Shown here in pieces: positions 28,726 to 39,523 of a stretch of DNA of 64,000 nucleotides; position 1 is the first letter of the stretch; every line of letters begins with the position of its first letter. Position numbers and translations under genes: made by a program. Origin of the DNA: Vicinamibacteria bacterium (GTDB lineage Bacteria; Acidobacteriota; Vicinamibacteria; Marinacidobacterales; Marinacidobacteraceae); contig CAXXLQ010000004.1 of assembly GCA_963668695.2 (NCBI GenBank), positions 1,728,001 through 1,792,000 on the forward strand, given 5' to 3'. The notes beneath the pieces were generated by a model, which was not told the DNA's origin, searched no databases, and was given only the letters and a program-made list of their open reading frames with translations.

Positions 28726-30336
28726 ATGAGAGCCCTGCTTGTCCTCATCTTCGCCGGCGCGTGGGCGGGCTCGCCCGCGCTCGCCGCCCAAGTCCCCTCC
28801 GGACCGCTTGAGATCCAGGAGCACGTGCTCGACAACGGCTTTCGGGTCCTGCTCGTCGAAGACCACCGGATGCCCCGGGTGGCCGCCAATCTGTGGGTCC
28901 GGGTCGGCTCCATGGCGGAGCCGGTGGGGCTCCACGGCGTCACGCACTTCCTCGAGCACGTCATCCACCAGGGGACCACCACCGTCGGCACCAGCGATCT
29001 GGCCGCCGAGCTGCCCATCCTCCAGGCGATCCACGATACGGAGCAGGAACTCATCGCGGTGAGGAACCGCGAGCGCAACCGGCTCCGGGAGCGGGCCGTC
29101 TTCTACGACGAGCTCGGTTGGCCGGTCACGCCCGAGATACAGGCGCTCCGGGACCGGCTCTACGAACTCGAGGATCTGGACAACGAGTACCGGGACTTCT
29201 GGACTTCCTACAAGTGGTACATGCAGCACGGCGGATACGTGCGCCACACGGATCCGGTGCCGGCGAGCACCGAGCAGGACTACATGGAGATGAACATGGC
29301 GCTCCCGAAGGAGCACCTGGAACTCTTCTTCCGGCTGGAGGCAGACCGCTTGGTCAACGCGATCCTGAGGGGTTGGGAGGCGCAGCGCTTCACCGTCCTG
29401 GAGCAGATCCTCGGGGGAAAGAGTCGGCCGCAGACCCGCTTCAACGAGGCGATCGACGGCGTCACCGCCCAGGTCCACCCGGTCTACGTCCCCGACGGCG
29501 GGCACGTCCGCGACTTCGGGAACTTCACGCGGGCCGCGATGCGGCGCATCTACGACGACTACTTCGTGCCCAACAACGCGGCGTTGGTGCTGGTCGGCGA
29601 CACCACTCTCCAGGAAGTCGTGCCACTAGCTGAGCGCTACTTCGGGGTGCTGCCCCGCGGGCCCGAACCCCCGCTCGATCTCGATGTCGAGGCCGAGCCC
29701 GTGCCTGGCGGATCGATCCGGCTGGACTGGACGGAGCCGCTCTCGCCGCAGGTCCACCTGCGCTACCGCATCCCCGGGATGGGACACCCCGACCGGCCGG
29801 TGTTCGACCTGATCGCCGCCCTCCTGAGCGGGCCGCACGGCATGGCCGGCCAGGCGCTGGCGGCGAGCGGCGCATCGGCCTCGGTCTCCGCCGACTTCCG
29901 GGTGATCCACACCTACCGCTTCGGGTCGCCCGGGGCGTTCAACCTGGTGGCGCACGCGGAGACGGACGATGACCTGGCGGCCGTCGAGCGGGGGCTGTTG
30001 GCAGCCGTCGCCGATCTCCGCGAGGGGCGGATCGACTCCGCGGCGCTTGAGCGGGCGCATAAGCGGCTCCGCGTCGAGTGGGCGGAGTTCCTCGACAACC
30101 CCCAGGAACTCGCTTTCCTGGTCGGCCACCATCACACGATGAACCACTGGAGCGTGCTGCCCGACCTCATCGAGGCGCGGGACGCGGCAACGGCGGCCGA
30201 CGTACAGCGGGTCGCAGCGAGGTACTTCGTGCCCTCTAACCGGGTGATTGCCGTGGCTCGGGCCGAGCCCCCCGAGGGGAGCGGACCAAGCTGGCTCGAT
30301 TTCGTGTGGTCGGAGCTGCGGGGAGATGGGCGATGA
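28726..30336 (+). CDS. M16 (pitrilysin/insulinase) zinc peptidase
   Basis: LDNG, HFLEH (HxxEH), YFVPNNA.LVLVGD. Confidence 0.88.
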   Translation: MRALLVLIFAGAWAGSPALAAQVPSGPLEIQEHVLDNGFRVLLVEDHRMPRVAANLWVRVGSMAEPVGLHGVTHFLEHVIHQGTTTVGTSDLAAELPILQAIHDTEQELIAVRNRERNRLRERAVFYDELGWPVTPEIQALRDRLYELEDLDNEYRDFWTSYKWYMQHGGYVRHTDPVPASTEQDYMEMNMALPKEHLELFFRLEADRLVNAILRGWEAQRFTVLEQILGGKSRPQTRFNEAIDGVTAQVHPVYVPDGGHVRDFGNFTRAAMRRIYDDYFVPNNAALVLVGDTTLQEVVPLAERYFGVLPRGPEPPLDLDVEAEPVPGGSIRLDWTEPLSPQVHLRYRIPGMGHPDRPVFDLIAALLSGPHGMAGQALAASGASASVSADFRVIHTYRFGSPGAFNLVAHAETDDDLAAVERGLLAAVADLREGRIDSAALERAHKRLRVEWAEFLDNPQELAFLVGHHHTMNHWSVLPDLIEARDAATAADVQRVAARYFVPSNRVIAVARAEPPEGSGPSWLDFVWSELRGDGR

Positions 30337-31991
30337 GGGTCCGCATGGCGCGCTGGCACGGGACCGCAGGCCGTCCGAATGGGGTCGGCTACAAGGGAGC
30401 GCCGGTCTTCAGACCGGCATCGCGCGGGAGCGCGAAACCAGCCCGGATGGTGCGACGGTCCGCCAGCGTGAGTGCTGCGCCCTCTCCCGACCCCGGATGG
30501 CGGGCACGTCACCTTGTCCAAAGGCTGATAAGGAAACCCGTTGCCCGAGTGGTCTTGGCCTCCGCCGCGCTCGCCTTCGCCGGATGCGGTGCCGAAGACA
30601 CCCTCCCCGGCCGCTCGCGGCCGATCTTCGAACACGACTGGCCGGACCCGGGCGAGCTCGCGTCCGGGCCTACCGCGTTCACCCCGCCCGATCCGGGTCA
30701 GGCCCTCTTCGAGGCGTCGAGCGGCGTCCGGGCCTACATCGTGCCCGCAGCCTCGGACCCGCTGGTGCGCATCACGGCCGCCTTGCCTCTGGGCCGGCTG
30801 CACGAGGCCGAAGGCGAGGCCGGCGCGGCTGCCCTCCTGACCCACCTGTTGACGACGCGAGGCTCCGTGGGCGCGCGCGGTCCGCTCTCGCTGCGCCTCG
30901 CCGAACTGGGCACGTCGCTGAGCGTCGTGGAGACTCTCGACGCCGCCCACGTCTCCCTGGGCGTCCTTCCGGAGGACTGGCGCGAGGGACTCGAGTTGCT
31001 CGTGGAGCTCATCCGCAATCCCGACCTGGACGCCGCTGCGGTGCGCGCGTACCGGGCGGGCCCCGGCTACAGCATGCCGATGGCCGGCATCGACGGGGAC
31101 GGTTATCGCCCCAAGGTCGAGCTTGAGCGCCGGTTGCACGGATATCCGCTGGCGCCGCCGGACCGGGGGACGACGGTCTCGTTGGCCGCGGTGACCGCGC
31201 TGGCCGGGAGAAGCCTGGCAGCCGACCGCGTGGTCTTCGGGATTGGGGGCGCCGTTTCCCGGGACGAGGTGGAACAGGTTGTCGAGTCGGCGACCCGCGG
31301 CTGGGCGCCCGGCGGCGAGCAGACACCGGTAACCGACGTGACCCCGCCTGGGGAAAGTTCGGGCCGCTTCCACGCCGTCGACGTCCCGAGCCTGGAGGGT
31401 TGGATCGCCATCGGCCGGGCGGTCGGCGCAGTTCCCGAATCGGATGGGGCCGCACTCGCCGTTCTTCGCTTCATCCTCGCCGAGCGCCTCAACATCGCCG
31501 CGCGCGAGATGCGAGGCTTGGCCAACCGGGACGACTTCGAGATCCCGGTGACGGCGTCGGGAGCGGGTCTTCTCCTCGTGCGCACGGGCGGGCGCCCGGA
31601 GGCGGTGGCGCCCCTCGTCCGCTACAGCCTGGACGAGTTGGAGCGCATCCACGATCCGGACGAGCCGGTGACCGAAGCCGAGGTCACCCGCGCCCAGGGC
31701 TGGCTGCTCGGGGCGGTATGGCAGCGGTCGCTCGAACTCGCGACCAGTGCGAGCGAGACCTTCGCCGTCGAGCATGTGCGTCGCGGCGGCACGGACCGCC
31801 TGATGGGATGGCCCGAGGCCGTGCTGGCCGTCACGGCCGGGGACGTCAAAAGGGTCGCGCAGGAGTACCTGGATCCGGCAGCCTTCGTGACCGTGGTGGC
31901 GGGACCAATGGAACGGATCCGGGCCGCGCGCCACCCGCGGTGGCCGGTCGCGCTGGACGAACTGGAGGCGGAGCTGTCCGGCGCGAGGTAG
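30333..31991 (+). CDS. M16 peptidase-like partner subunit (no HxxEH), probable lipoprotein
   Basis: M16-like motifs (AVTAGDVKRVAQEYL), lipobox FAGC. Start uncertain; a REP lies at 30396-30443. Confidence 0.7.
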   Translation: MRVRMARWHGTAGRPNGVGYKGAPVFRPASRGSAKPARMVRRSASVSAAPSPDPGWRARHLVQRLIRKPVARVVLASAALAFAGCGAEDTLPGRSRPIFEHDWPDPGELASGPTAFTPPDPGQALFEASSGVRAYIVPAASDPLVRITAALPLGRLHEAEGEAGAAALLTHLLTTRGSVGARGPLSLRLAELGTSLSVVETLDAAHVSLGVLPEDWREGLELLVELIRNPDLDAAAVRAYRAGPGYSMPMAGIDGDGYRPKVELERRLHGYPLAPPDRGTTVSLAAVTALAGRSLAADRVVFGIGGAVSRDEVEQVVESATRGWAPGGEQTPVTDVTPPGESSGRFHAVDVPSLEGWIAIGRAVGAVPESDGAALAVLRFILAERLNIAAREMRGLANRDDFEIPVTASGAGLLLVRTGGRPEAVAPLVRYSLDELERIHDPDEPVTEAEVTRAQGWLLGAVWQRSLELATSASETFAVEHVRRGGTDRLMGWPEAVLAVTAGDVKRVAQEYLDPAAFVTVVAGPMERIRAARHPRWPVALDELEAELSGAR

Positions 31992-32040
31992 TCCGCGCCC
32001 TGGCGCGACCCAGACTGGAGGCGGAAATCAGGCGATCACC

Positions 32041-32075
32041 ATGCAAATACGGATATAGATTATGCTATCTGCATG
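32041..32075 (+). promoter_or_regulatory. Imperfect palindrome and -10 box upstream of the second ATPase
   Basis: ATGCAAATA...TATCTGCAT; TATGCT lies 6 nt before the ATG at 32073. Confidence 0.55.
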
Positions 32076-33248
32076 GATTATGTCCCGCGACGCCTGACCG
32101 GAGAGGTCGAAGCGGCGCTCCTCCGACAAGCGGCGGTGGCGCTGCTGGGGCCACGCCAATCCGGCAAGACGACCCTCGCGCGGCGGATCGCTGCGAGCCG
32201 CGACGCCGTTTACCTGGATCTCGAGTTGGCCGAGGACCGGCGGCGCCTGGACGATGTGCCCGGTTTCGTCCGCGCCAACGAGGATCGGCTGGTGGTGCTC
32301 GACGAGATCCATCGGGCGCCCGACCTCTTTCCCGAGCTACGGGGGCACATTGACGAGGGGCGGCGAAAGGGGAAGGGGACCGGGCGGTTTCTGGTGCTGG
32401 GTTCGGCTTCGCCCGCACTGCTTCGGCAGTCGGAGAGTCTGGCCGGGCGGATCGCATACCTCGATCTCGGCCCGCTCGACGTGCTTGAGATCGAGCCCGA
32501 TGCAGACTCCGTGGCGCTGCTCTGGGTGCGCGGCGGGTTGCCTCCCAGCTTCCTCGCGGCAAGCTCGGAGGAGAGCCTGTGGTTCCGGCGCGACCTGATC
32601 CGCGCCTACCTCGAGCGCGATTTCCTGCAGTTCCGCCCGCGGGCGCCGGCGCTGCTACTGGAGCGTCTCTGGACCATGCTCGCGCACGCTCAGGGCGGGA
32701 TGCTGAACCTCTCCCGGCTCGCCGGGAACCTGATGCTGAGCGCGAGGACGGTCGGCGCCTACCTCGACCTGCTGGAGGGGATGCTGCTGGTGCGGCGGCT
32801 CCGCCCGCGGTATGCGAACGTGAAGAAGCGCCTCGTGCGGGCGCCCAAGATCTACATCCGGGACAGCGGATTGACGCACGCCCTGCTCGGGATCGCCGAC
32901 TTCCACGCGCTGGCGGCACATCCGGTCGTGGGGGCGAGTTGGGAGGGGTTCGTCATCGAGACGTTGCTGGCCGTGGCGCCGTGGCTGGCGCTGCCTTCGT
33001 TCTACCGGACCTCGAACGGGGCGGAGGTGGACTTGGTACTCGACCTGCCCGGTCGCAGCCGCCCGTGGGCCATCGAGATCAAGCGCGGCTCCGCGCCGAA
33101 GGTGTCCCGCGGGTTCGCCATTGCCCGCGCCGACCTCGACGCCGAGCGGGCTTTCGTCGTGCACGGCGGCCGGCACCGGTACCCGATGGGCGACGGCGTG
33201 GAAGCGATCGGCCTCCCGGAGATGGCGGCCTTGCTGCGGGACTGGTGA
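32073..33248 (+). CDS. AAA+ ATPase with DUF4143 domain
   Basis: GPRQSGKT, VLDEIH, LGSAS, YIRDSGL, EVDL..IEIK. Confidence 0.88.
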   Translation: MDYVPRRLTGEVEAALLRQAAVALLGPRQSGKTTLARRIAASRDAVYLDLELAEDRRRLDDVPGFVRANEDRLVVLDEIHRAPDLFPELRGHIDEGRRKGKGTGRFLVLGSASPALLRQSESLAGRIAYLDLGPLDVLEIEPDADSVALLWVRGGLPPSFLAASSEESLWFRRDLIRAYLERDFLQFRPRAPALLLERLWTMLAHAQGGMLNLSRLAGNLMLSARTVGAYLDLLEGMLLVRRLRPRYANVKKRLVRAPKIYIRDSGLTHALLGIADFHALAAHPVVGASWEGFVIETLLAVAPWLALPSFYRTSNGAEVDLVLDLPGRSRPWAIEIKRGSAPKVSRGFAIARADLDAERAFVVHGGRHRYPMGDGVEAIGLPEMAALLRDW

Positions 33249-33315
33249 TCGCTCATCGCGGCCGCGGAGCGGCCGAGGGTGCGGCACTCACCACCGGGCG
33301 CAGCGCAATCCGGGC

Positions 33316-33642
33316 GGGTTTCGCGCTCCCGCGCGATGCCGGTCGGAGACCGGCGCTCCAGGCCGTCCGAGCCGCCTCATCTGTTGGGGGTACGTGCCGA
33401 GACGGGAGCCATCCCGACGGTTGGGGTCTTCGCCGCCGCGGCCCTGCGGGCCGCTGTGCCGGTGTGAACACCGGCGTTCCAGTGCTTGGCCGCGCTTCAC
33501 GCGGGTCGGCGGTACGACGTTTCCGCTGTCGCGCGCCATCTGGGCGGTCGGCGGTACGCGGTTTCGCGGCCCTGCGGGCCGCGCGTGCCGGGCCCCACCG
33601 GGAGGACTGCCCAGAGGTCGGCGCTCCAAGCCGTCCCCGCGC
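33316..33642. repeat. REP-like mosaic cluster (three hairpins, one with a variant 18-nt insert at 33592-33609)
   Basis: Homologous to 4690-4860 and 22525-22670; lies between convergent genes. Confidence 0.75.
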
Positions 33643-33748
33643 TTCTTTCAATCCAGCGATTCGCGACTCTGCCCGCCTTCGGCGGGCTATGCCAAACGGA
33701 GGCCGGCGGACCTAGCCGCCGGCCTCCTGGGGGGGGCGCCTGCCGACC

Positions 33749-36691
33749 CTAGAACTCCAGTCGGAGAGCGAACTGCGCTGCCCGCGGACCGTACGCGGTG
33801 GAAGTCACCTGCCGCGCAGAGCCGAAGCCGCTGGAGTCGATGGTCCCGTTGTAGTTGCCGAAGTTCCCGTGGTTGAGCAGGTTGAAGACCTCGGCGATCG
33901 CAGAGGCTCTCACCGGTCCCAAGTTGAAGACCTTCGAGAGGCGAACGTCAACCTTGTGAAGCGCCTCGCCCAGCAGCGCATGCCTCGGCGCCTCGTTGCC
34001 GGGGCCGGTCCCGATCGTGGAGGGTCCATCGAAGCGATCCAGAATATCCGGATTCACCTGGATCGGATCTCCGAGATTCAGGCGATTCGTGCTCGCGCTC
34101 TTTCCGTACGGCCGGCCCCCGATTGACGTCCGGTAGCGGTTTCCGGAGCCGAAGAAGTACGCGCCCGAGACCGAGAAGTCGTACGGGAGCTGGTAGATCC
34201 CGTTGAGACGGAACGTGTTCCGCTGAAAGTCGAGCGCGGGGCCCCACTCGGCGTCCGGGTCGAACGTGTTGTTGGGGAAGTCACCCCAGCCACGGGTGTC
34301 GTCATTCTTGTAGAAGATGAAGGTGTGCGTCACGTTGACCTGGAGGTTGTCCCGGAACCGACGCCGCAGTCCGCTGGAAACCGCCAGGTAGTCCTGCTTG
34401 CCCGTGCTCTCGATGTAGCGGATCCGGGTGAAGTTGGGATCCAACCGGCCGCGGATGTTGTAGCCCGTCACCGGATCGTAGATCTGGTTCGGGTCCGTGG
34501 CGCGCGGAGTGTTGGTTTCCTTCCAGTAGAGCAGATCCGACTCGAATCCCCACAGAGTGCCGAGCTGCTTCTGGAAACCGACCGAGGTTTGCCAGGTGTA
34601 CGGCAAGGCGAAATTGTGGGCGATCGTCCGCGGGGCCTGCGGGGGAACCGGCACTTCACCGTTCAGGATCTGTTGCGGCGTCACTCCCCGGGTGGGATCC
34701 TGCAAGAAGCCGGGCATCCCGTCGTTCGGGAACGAGTTCACCAGGATGCGCTGGCCGTTGAAGGACTGCTGGCTGAACGTCACGTTCGACGAGCTGATCG
34801 TGTGATAGATGCCCGACCCGCCGCGAATGACCAGATCGCCGCTGCCGCCGACGTCATAGGCGAATCCGGCGCGGGGCGCAATGTTGTTCGTGTCGCGGAT
34901 GTCCCACTTGTAAAGGGAGTCTCCCGCTGACCGGCCGGCGCTTGCTCCGGCGAACGGCGTCATGATGTCGTTGCCCGGTGGCGCGAGAGCACCCCAGTCC
35001 AGGTCGTAGCGGAGCCCGAAGTTCAGGACCAGGTTGTCGTTCACCCGCCAGGTGTCGGCCACCCAGGCGGCCCAGGTCGGCCGGGGGATATCGATAATCC
35101 AGTTGCCGACGTTTTGGCTGAACCGGGCTACCGTGTGGTCGAGCCCGCTCACATCCCAGCAGCCCGGATTGGTGGCGCACTCGATAGGGAAGCGGCGTTC
35201 GAGGTCGGCGGGACGCTCGTTGAAGATGAACTCGCCCCTCTCGAGGAGGTGCCACTCGCCGCCGTCCTTCCAACTCAGGAACTCGCCGCCGACCTTCACG
35301 TCGTGTTCCGTCTTGTCCCAGTTCAACTGGAAACGGGCGGAGAACACATCCTGGGTAAACAACTGCGGGTAGTTCCGCGGTCCACCGAAGGTGATCCCCG
35401 GAAAGACGTAGTTTGGTTGACAACTGGCTTGATCCTGCTGTGGCTGGCCGAAGGTCTGGTCACAACCGCCGACCGAAGTGTCGGCCAGCTTGTTCGACCA
35501 CTCGAAGCCGTTGTAGCCGAGCTTCAGCTCGGTAAAGACCTCCGTGCTCCACAGATGACTCCAGGTGGCGAGCACGTTCGTCGAATCCTGCGTGCGCGCC
35601 CGGGCGTTCGACGGGTGCGCTGAACTCGACAGGCTGTATGCGGTTTCGAAGTCCCAGTAGGAGACCCGGTAGGAGAGCTGATCGTTGTCGGAGGCGGTGT
35701 GATCGACGCGGGCGGTGAAGCTGTTCTGCGTTTCCGGCGTCTCGAACACCCACTCCTGGTTCGGGAGGCGAGCCGGTTGGACGAAAACGCTGCCCGGCTG
35801 CCCCTCGTACTCGTAAGAGAGGAAGTAGTGAACCTTGTCGGTGACGATGGGGCCACCGAAGACGCCACCTATTTGCTGGTTCTCGAACGGCAGCACTTCT
35901 TCGGCGACGTGATCCTCGGCGTTGAAGCGGTCGTCACGGAAGTACCCGTAAATGCTGCCGGTGAAGTCGTTCGTGCCGGAGCGGGTGATGGCGTTCACCT
36001 GCCCTCCGGAGGAGCGGCCCTGCGTAACGTCGAATTGACTCGTGACGATCTGGAACTCGGCGATGGCCTCGCGGCTGAACTTGGGTTGACCAAAGCCGGA
36101 ACTCGCCACCTGCTGGGTGATCTGCTGGCCATCCAGATTGAGCTGGAAGCTTTCGTCGCGAGCGATTCCCGGACGATTGTTGTTGGTGTCGTTGGCGGTG
36201 ATGCCCTTCACCAACAGGGCGAGCTCCATCCAGTTGCGTCCCTGCACCGGCAGATCGTCCATCATGCGGCGATCCACGTTGCCGGCCACTTCCGACGACA
36301 CCAGATCCACGAGGGGTGCTTCAGCGGTGACGGTGATCGTCTCCTCGACCCCCGCGAGCGCCATCTGGATCGTGATGTCGGCGTTTTGCCCTACCAGGAG
36401 CTCGATCTCCGGCAGGATCATGGTGGCGAAGCCGGACAGCGCCGCTTCCACCCGGTAGGTGCCCGGTGGCAACGCCGACGCCCGGAATCCACCCGTGGCA
36501 CCGGTCACGGCCGACTGCTGTCGTCCGGTGTTGTTTTCCACCACCAGGACCGTCACGCCGGGTAGCGCACCGCCGGAGGTGTCTTCCACCGTTCCGGAGA
36601 GCGTCGCGGATGTCTGTGCAACCACGGCGACAGGTAGCAATAGAAAGCCCGCCAAGGCGAGCACCGACCAACGGCCCATCAAATTCTGCAT
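33749..36691 (-). CDS. TonB-dependent receptor (Oar-like, N-terminal carboxypeptidase-regulatory-like domain)
   Basis: GTVED.SGGALPGVTV, LPVQGRNW, TRSGTN, NNIAPRAGFAYD, C-terminal LRLEF. Confidence 0.9.
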   Translation of the reverse strand: MQNLMGRWSVLALAGFLLLPVAVVAQTSATLSGTVEDTSGGALPGVTVLVVENNTGRQQSAVTGATGGFRASALPPGTYRVEAALSGFATMILPEIELLVGQNADITIQMALAGVEETITVTAEAPLVDLVSSEVAGNVDRRMMDDLPVQGRNWMELALLVKGITANDTNNNRPGIARDESFQLNLDGQQITQQVASSGFGQPKFSREAIAEFQIVTSQFDVTQGRSSGGQVNAITRSGTNDFTGSIYGYFRDDRFNAEDHVAEEVLPFENQQIGGVFGGPIVTDKVHYFLSYEYEGQPGSVFVQPARLPNQEWVFETPETQNSFTARVDHTASDNDQLSYRVSYWDFETAYSLSSSAHPSNARARTQDSTNVLATWSHLWSTEVFTELKLGYNGFEWSNKLADTSVGGCDQTFGQPQQDQASCQPNYVFPGITFGGPRNYPQLFTQDVFSARFQLNWDKTEHDVKVGGEFLSWKDGGEWHLLERGEFIFNERPADLERRFPIECATNPGCWDVSGLDHTVARFSQNVGNWIIDIPRPTWAAWVADTWRVNDNLVLNFGLRYDLDWGALAPPGNDIMTPFAGASAGRSAGDSLYKWDIRDTNNIAPRAGFAYDVGGSGDLVIRGGSGIYHTISSSNVTFSQQSFNGQRILVNSFPNDGMPGFLQDPTRGVTPQQILNGEVPVPPQAPRTIAHNFALPYTWQTSVGFQKQLGTLWGFESDLLYWKETNTPRATDPNQIYDPVTGYNIRGRLDPNFTRIRYIESTGKQDYLAVSSGLRRRFRDNLQVNVTHTFIFYKNDDTRGWGDFPNNTFDPDAEWGPALDFQRNTFRLNGIYQLPYDFSVSGAYFFGSGNRYRTSIGGRPYGKSASTNRLNLGDPIQVNPDILDRFDGPSTIGTGPGNEAPRHALLGEALHKVDVRLSKVFNLGPVRASAIAEVFNLLNHGNFGNYNGTIDSSGFGSARQVTSTAYGPRAAQFALRLEF

Positions 36692-36882
36692 GGAATTCTC
36701 CTTCTCAAGATCCTACATGGATCACAAGCGAAGCCACAACGATAGGTCTTTCCGCTTCCGTTTGTCAAACAGCAATCAACCCACGCTAAATCAATGATTT
36801 ACGGCGGTCTTGTTCCCCCAGGTCGCTCACTCGAAGGGTCGCTCGAATGCCTGATCCCCGCCATGGAACTCCCGGGTTCCAG

Positions 36883-37259
36883 CGGCCTATGGTGGAACCC
36901 AGCGGCCCAGTTCTCCCGGTGGGGGCCCGGTGGGGGCTCGAGTGGCGATGCATCCCGCCTGAACCGCCCAAACCTCCATGATCGGGTCCTCCTGCACACC
37001 CTCGCCCGTCATGAAAGTGCATTTCCCAATTGAATTTCCTGGTCTGCGGGGTCGCCTCTACGTTTGGGGTCCGCGCCGAGAACCGTCCCTCCGTTGGGCT
37101 TCTCCACGCCGCGGCCCTCCGGGCCGCTGTGCCGACCCGAGGTCGGCGTTCCCTTGCCGCAGTGCCATCTCGATGGTTGGCATTCGGGCGCGGCTGCATT
37201 TTCACAGCAGCCGGGCGCCTCCCCACTCTCGGCGCTCACCCGGGTTCCACCACCGGCTG
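36883..37259. mobile_element. Degenerate MITE-A copy with replaced core, nested REP and 18-nt insert
   Basis: Ends CGGCCTATGGTGGAACCC / GGGTTCCACCACCGGCTG; internal GCGATGCATCCCGCCTGAACCGCCC and CTCGGCGCTCAC shared with the other copies. Confidence 0.65.
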
Positions 37260-37431
37260 CTACCGCCGACCCCAAAACTCCAACCCGCGCGCCCCGCTTC
37301 CCTTCATCGGGCTCCCGCCCCGTCCGTCCATCCGGCCCATTTCCTGGATCGGGGGTCAACCCATCCCCTTTGCGACTCTCGTCCGGTCTCTGCTAGTTTG
37401 CGGGCGGGGAATGCAGACGAGATCCGTGCCG

Positions 37432-39489
37432 ATGCGCAATCTGGCGCTCGTCCTGCTGCTATCGGCTGCCGCGCCATCGAGCGCCGCTCCCGCGCAGGAG
37501 TTCACTCCGGAACACCGCCGGTGGCTGGAGGAAGAGGTCACCTACATCATCACCGAAAGGGAAACGGACGTTTTCCGCTTGCTCGGCACGGTGGAGGAGC
37601 GAGACGGATTCATCGAGGCGTTCTGGCGAAGACGCGATCCGGTCCCGGGCACTCCCGTCAACGAGTTCCGGGAGGAGCACTACCGCCGTTTCGAGTACGC
37701 CAACAGCGAGCTCCGGGGCGAAGCCTTCTCGCCCGGGTGGAAGACGGATCGGGGCCGGATGCACATCATCCTGGGCCCGCCCCGTAGCATCGAGACTTTC
37801 GATAACTACAACAATCTCTATACGAGCCAGCTTTGGTTCTATCAGGGCGACCAGGGCAAGAACGTGCCGTCCTTCTTCTATCTGCTCTTCTCCAAGAAGC
37901 TGGATGCGGTTCAATATCGCCTGTTCATTCCGGGTGCGGACGTTCCGGGAGATTTGATTCGCGGCTCGACGCGCTCGTTTCCCGAGCGGAACATGGAGCA
38001 ACTCCTCCGGATTTCGCCGGAGCTGGCGCGGGCCGCCCTCGCCGTGGACGCGGCGGAGCCGGTCGACATCCGGGGGGGCACCGTCGGTCTCGGGTCCCAG
38101 GTCGCCATGGCGCGAATCGAGGCTTCGCCGAGGCACGCAGTCCGCACCGACTACCTCGACACCTGGGAGCGCTACGGCAGCCGGGTGTCGTCGGAGTACT
38201 CGTTCAACTTCGTGCCCAGCGAGGACAGCTTCGCGGTGCTGGTCGGTCCGGATCGCACCCCCTACCTCCATTTCAGCATCGAGCTCGGACTGGAGAACCT
38301 CCCGATGGATACGAACCGCGATGGATCGCGTTCGTTCACGACGCTCGACGCCAGTCTGGAGGTGCGGGACCCGAACGGCCGCCTGGTTCTCGCGGACGAG
38401 AAGGAGGCCTTCGTCCAACTGACGAAGGCGCAGTTGGGCGCGATCCAGGGCTCGACGTTCGCCTACCAGGACGGCGTCCCGCTGGTGCCGGGCGACTACG
38501 AGGTGATGCTGATTCTTCGCAATCGCGTGTCGCGTCAATACACGGTGGCGGAGCAGTCGGTTCGCGTCAGCGATCCTCCTCGCGGCCAGCCGGCGCTGAG
38601 CGACGTCGTGCTCGGTTTTCGCACGGAGGTGATGCCGGACGGCCCCGACGCGTTCAAGACGTTTCAGGCCGGTTCGGCGCGGGTCCATCCGGCCGCCGGC
38701 GGCGACTTCGCGACCGGCGAAACCGTGCACTGCGTTTTCCAGTTGTTCTCCGCCGATCCGTCGCACGAACTGAACTTCGCTGTGCTCCGGGAGGGAGAAG
38801 TGGTGGCGGAACGCGCCCGCGCCGTTGTCGAGACCGAGCCGGCCCTCATCGAGGAGCAGTTCAGCCTCGACGGCGCGATCGCTGATCGGTATGAGCTCCG
38901 GGTGCGGCTCCAGGACGCCGGCGGGAGCGTGCTGGCCGAAAAGACGGCGCCGTTTCAGGTCTCGCCGCGGGCCAGCATTCCCCGGGCCGCCCTTTTCGCC
39001 CGCCGGAGCTTTGACGTCGAGAGGCGCGCCCTCTTGTCGGTGGTCCTCGGCGACCAGCACTGGGCGATGGAGAATTTCGCCGCCGCGGAGCGGCTTTTCG
39101 AGAGCGCCGCGTCGGAAGGGGACCCGGAAGTCCCGCAGGCGCAGTGGAAGCTCGCCGCTTCCTACCTTCGCTCGGGGAAGGCCGAATCGGCCTTGCGCCT
39201 TCTCCTACCCTTGCAGTACGAGCATGCCGACCGCTACGAGGTGGTCGTCGGTCTCGGTCTCGGCTTCTATATGAAGGGCAATTTCAAGGAGGCGGTTTCT
39301 CATCTCGGAAAGGCCGTCTCGCTTAAGCCGCCGCAACCCGGCATGCTGAACACGCTGGGCGATGCCTATATTCGGTTGGGAGATCGAAAAGAGGCGCGCG
39401 AGGCTTTTGAGCGTTCCCTCGAAATCAACCCCGAGCAGCCCAACATTCACCAGCGCCTCGCTGAGCTGGGCCCTGGCAATTCGCCCTGA
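37432..39489 (+). CDS. GWxTD-domain protein with C-terminal TPR repeats
   Basis: WLEEEVTYII, FW.RRDP.PGT..NEF.EEH, GWKTDRG; TPR-like C-terminus. Confidence 0.88.
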   Translation: MRNLALVLLLSAAAPSSAAPAQEFTPEHRRWLEEEVTYIITERETDVFRLLGTVEERDGFIEAFWRRRDPVPGTPVNEFREEHYRRFEYANSELRGEAFSPGWKTDRGRMHIILGPPRSIETFDNYNNLYTSQLWFYQGDQGKNVPSFFYLLFSKKLDAVQYRLFIPGADVPGDLIRGSTRSFPERNMEQLLRISPELARAALAVDAAEPVDIRGGTVGLGSQVAMARIEASPRHAVRTDYLDTWERYGSRVSSEYSFNFVPSEDSFAVLVGPDRTPYLHFSIELGLENLPMDTNRDGSRSFTTLDASLEVRDPNGRLVLADEKEAFVQLTKAQLGAIQGSTFAYQDGVPLVPGDYEVMLILRNRVSRQYTVAEQSVRVSDPPRGQPALSDVVLGFRTEVMPDGPDAFKTFQAGSARVHPAAGGDFATGETVHCVFQLFSADPSHELNFAVLREGEVVAERARAVVETEPALIEEQFSLDGAIADRYELRVRLQDAGGSVLAEKTAPFQVSPRASIPRAALFARRSFDVERRALLSVVLGDQHWAMENFAAAERLFESAASEGDPEVPQAQWKLAASYLRSGKAESALRLLLPLQYEHADRYEVVVGLGLGFYMKGNFKEAVSHLGKAVSLKPPQPGMLNTLGDAYIRLGDRKEAREAFERSLEINPEQPNIHQRLAELGPGNSP

Positions 39490-39523
39490 CAAATCGCCTG
39501 ACGCGATTCTGGAGTAACCCCTG

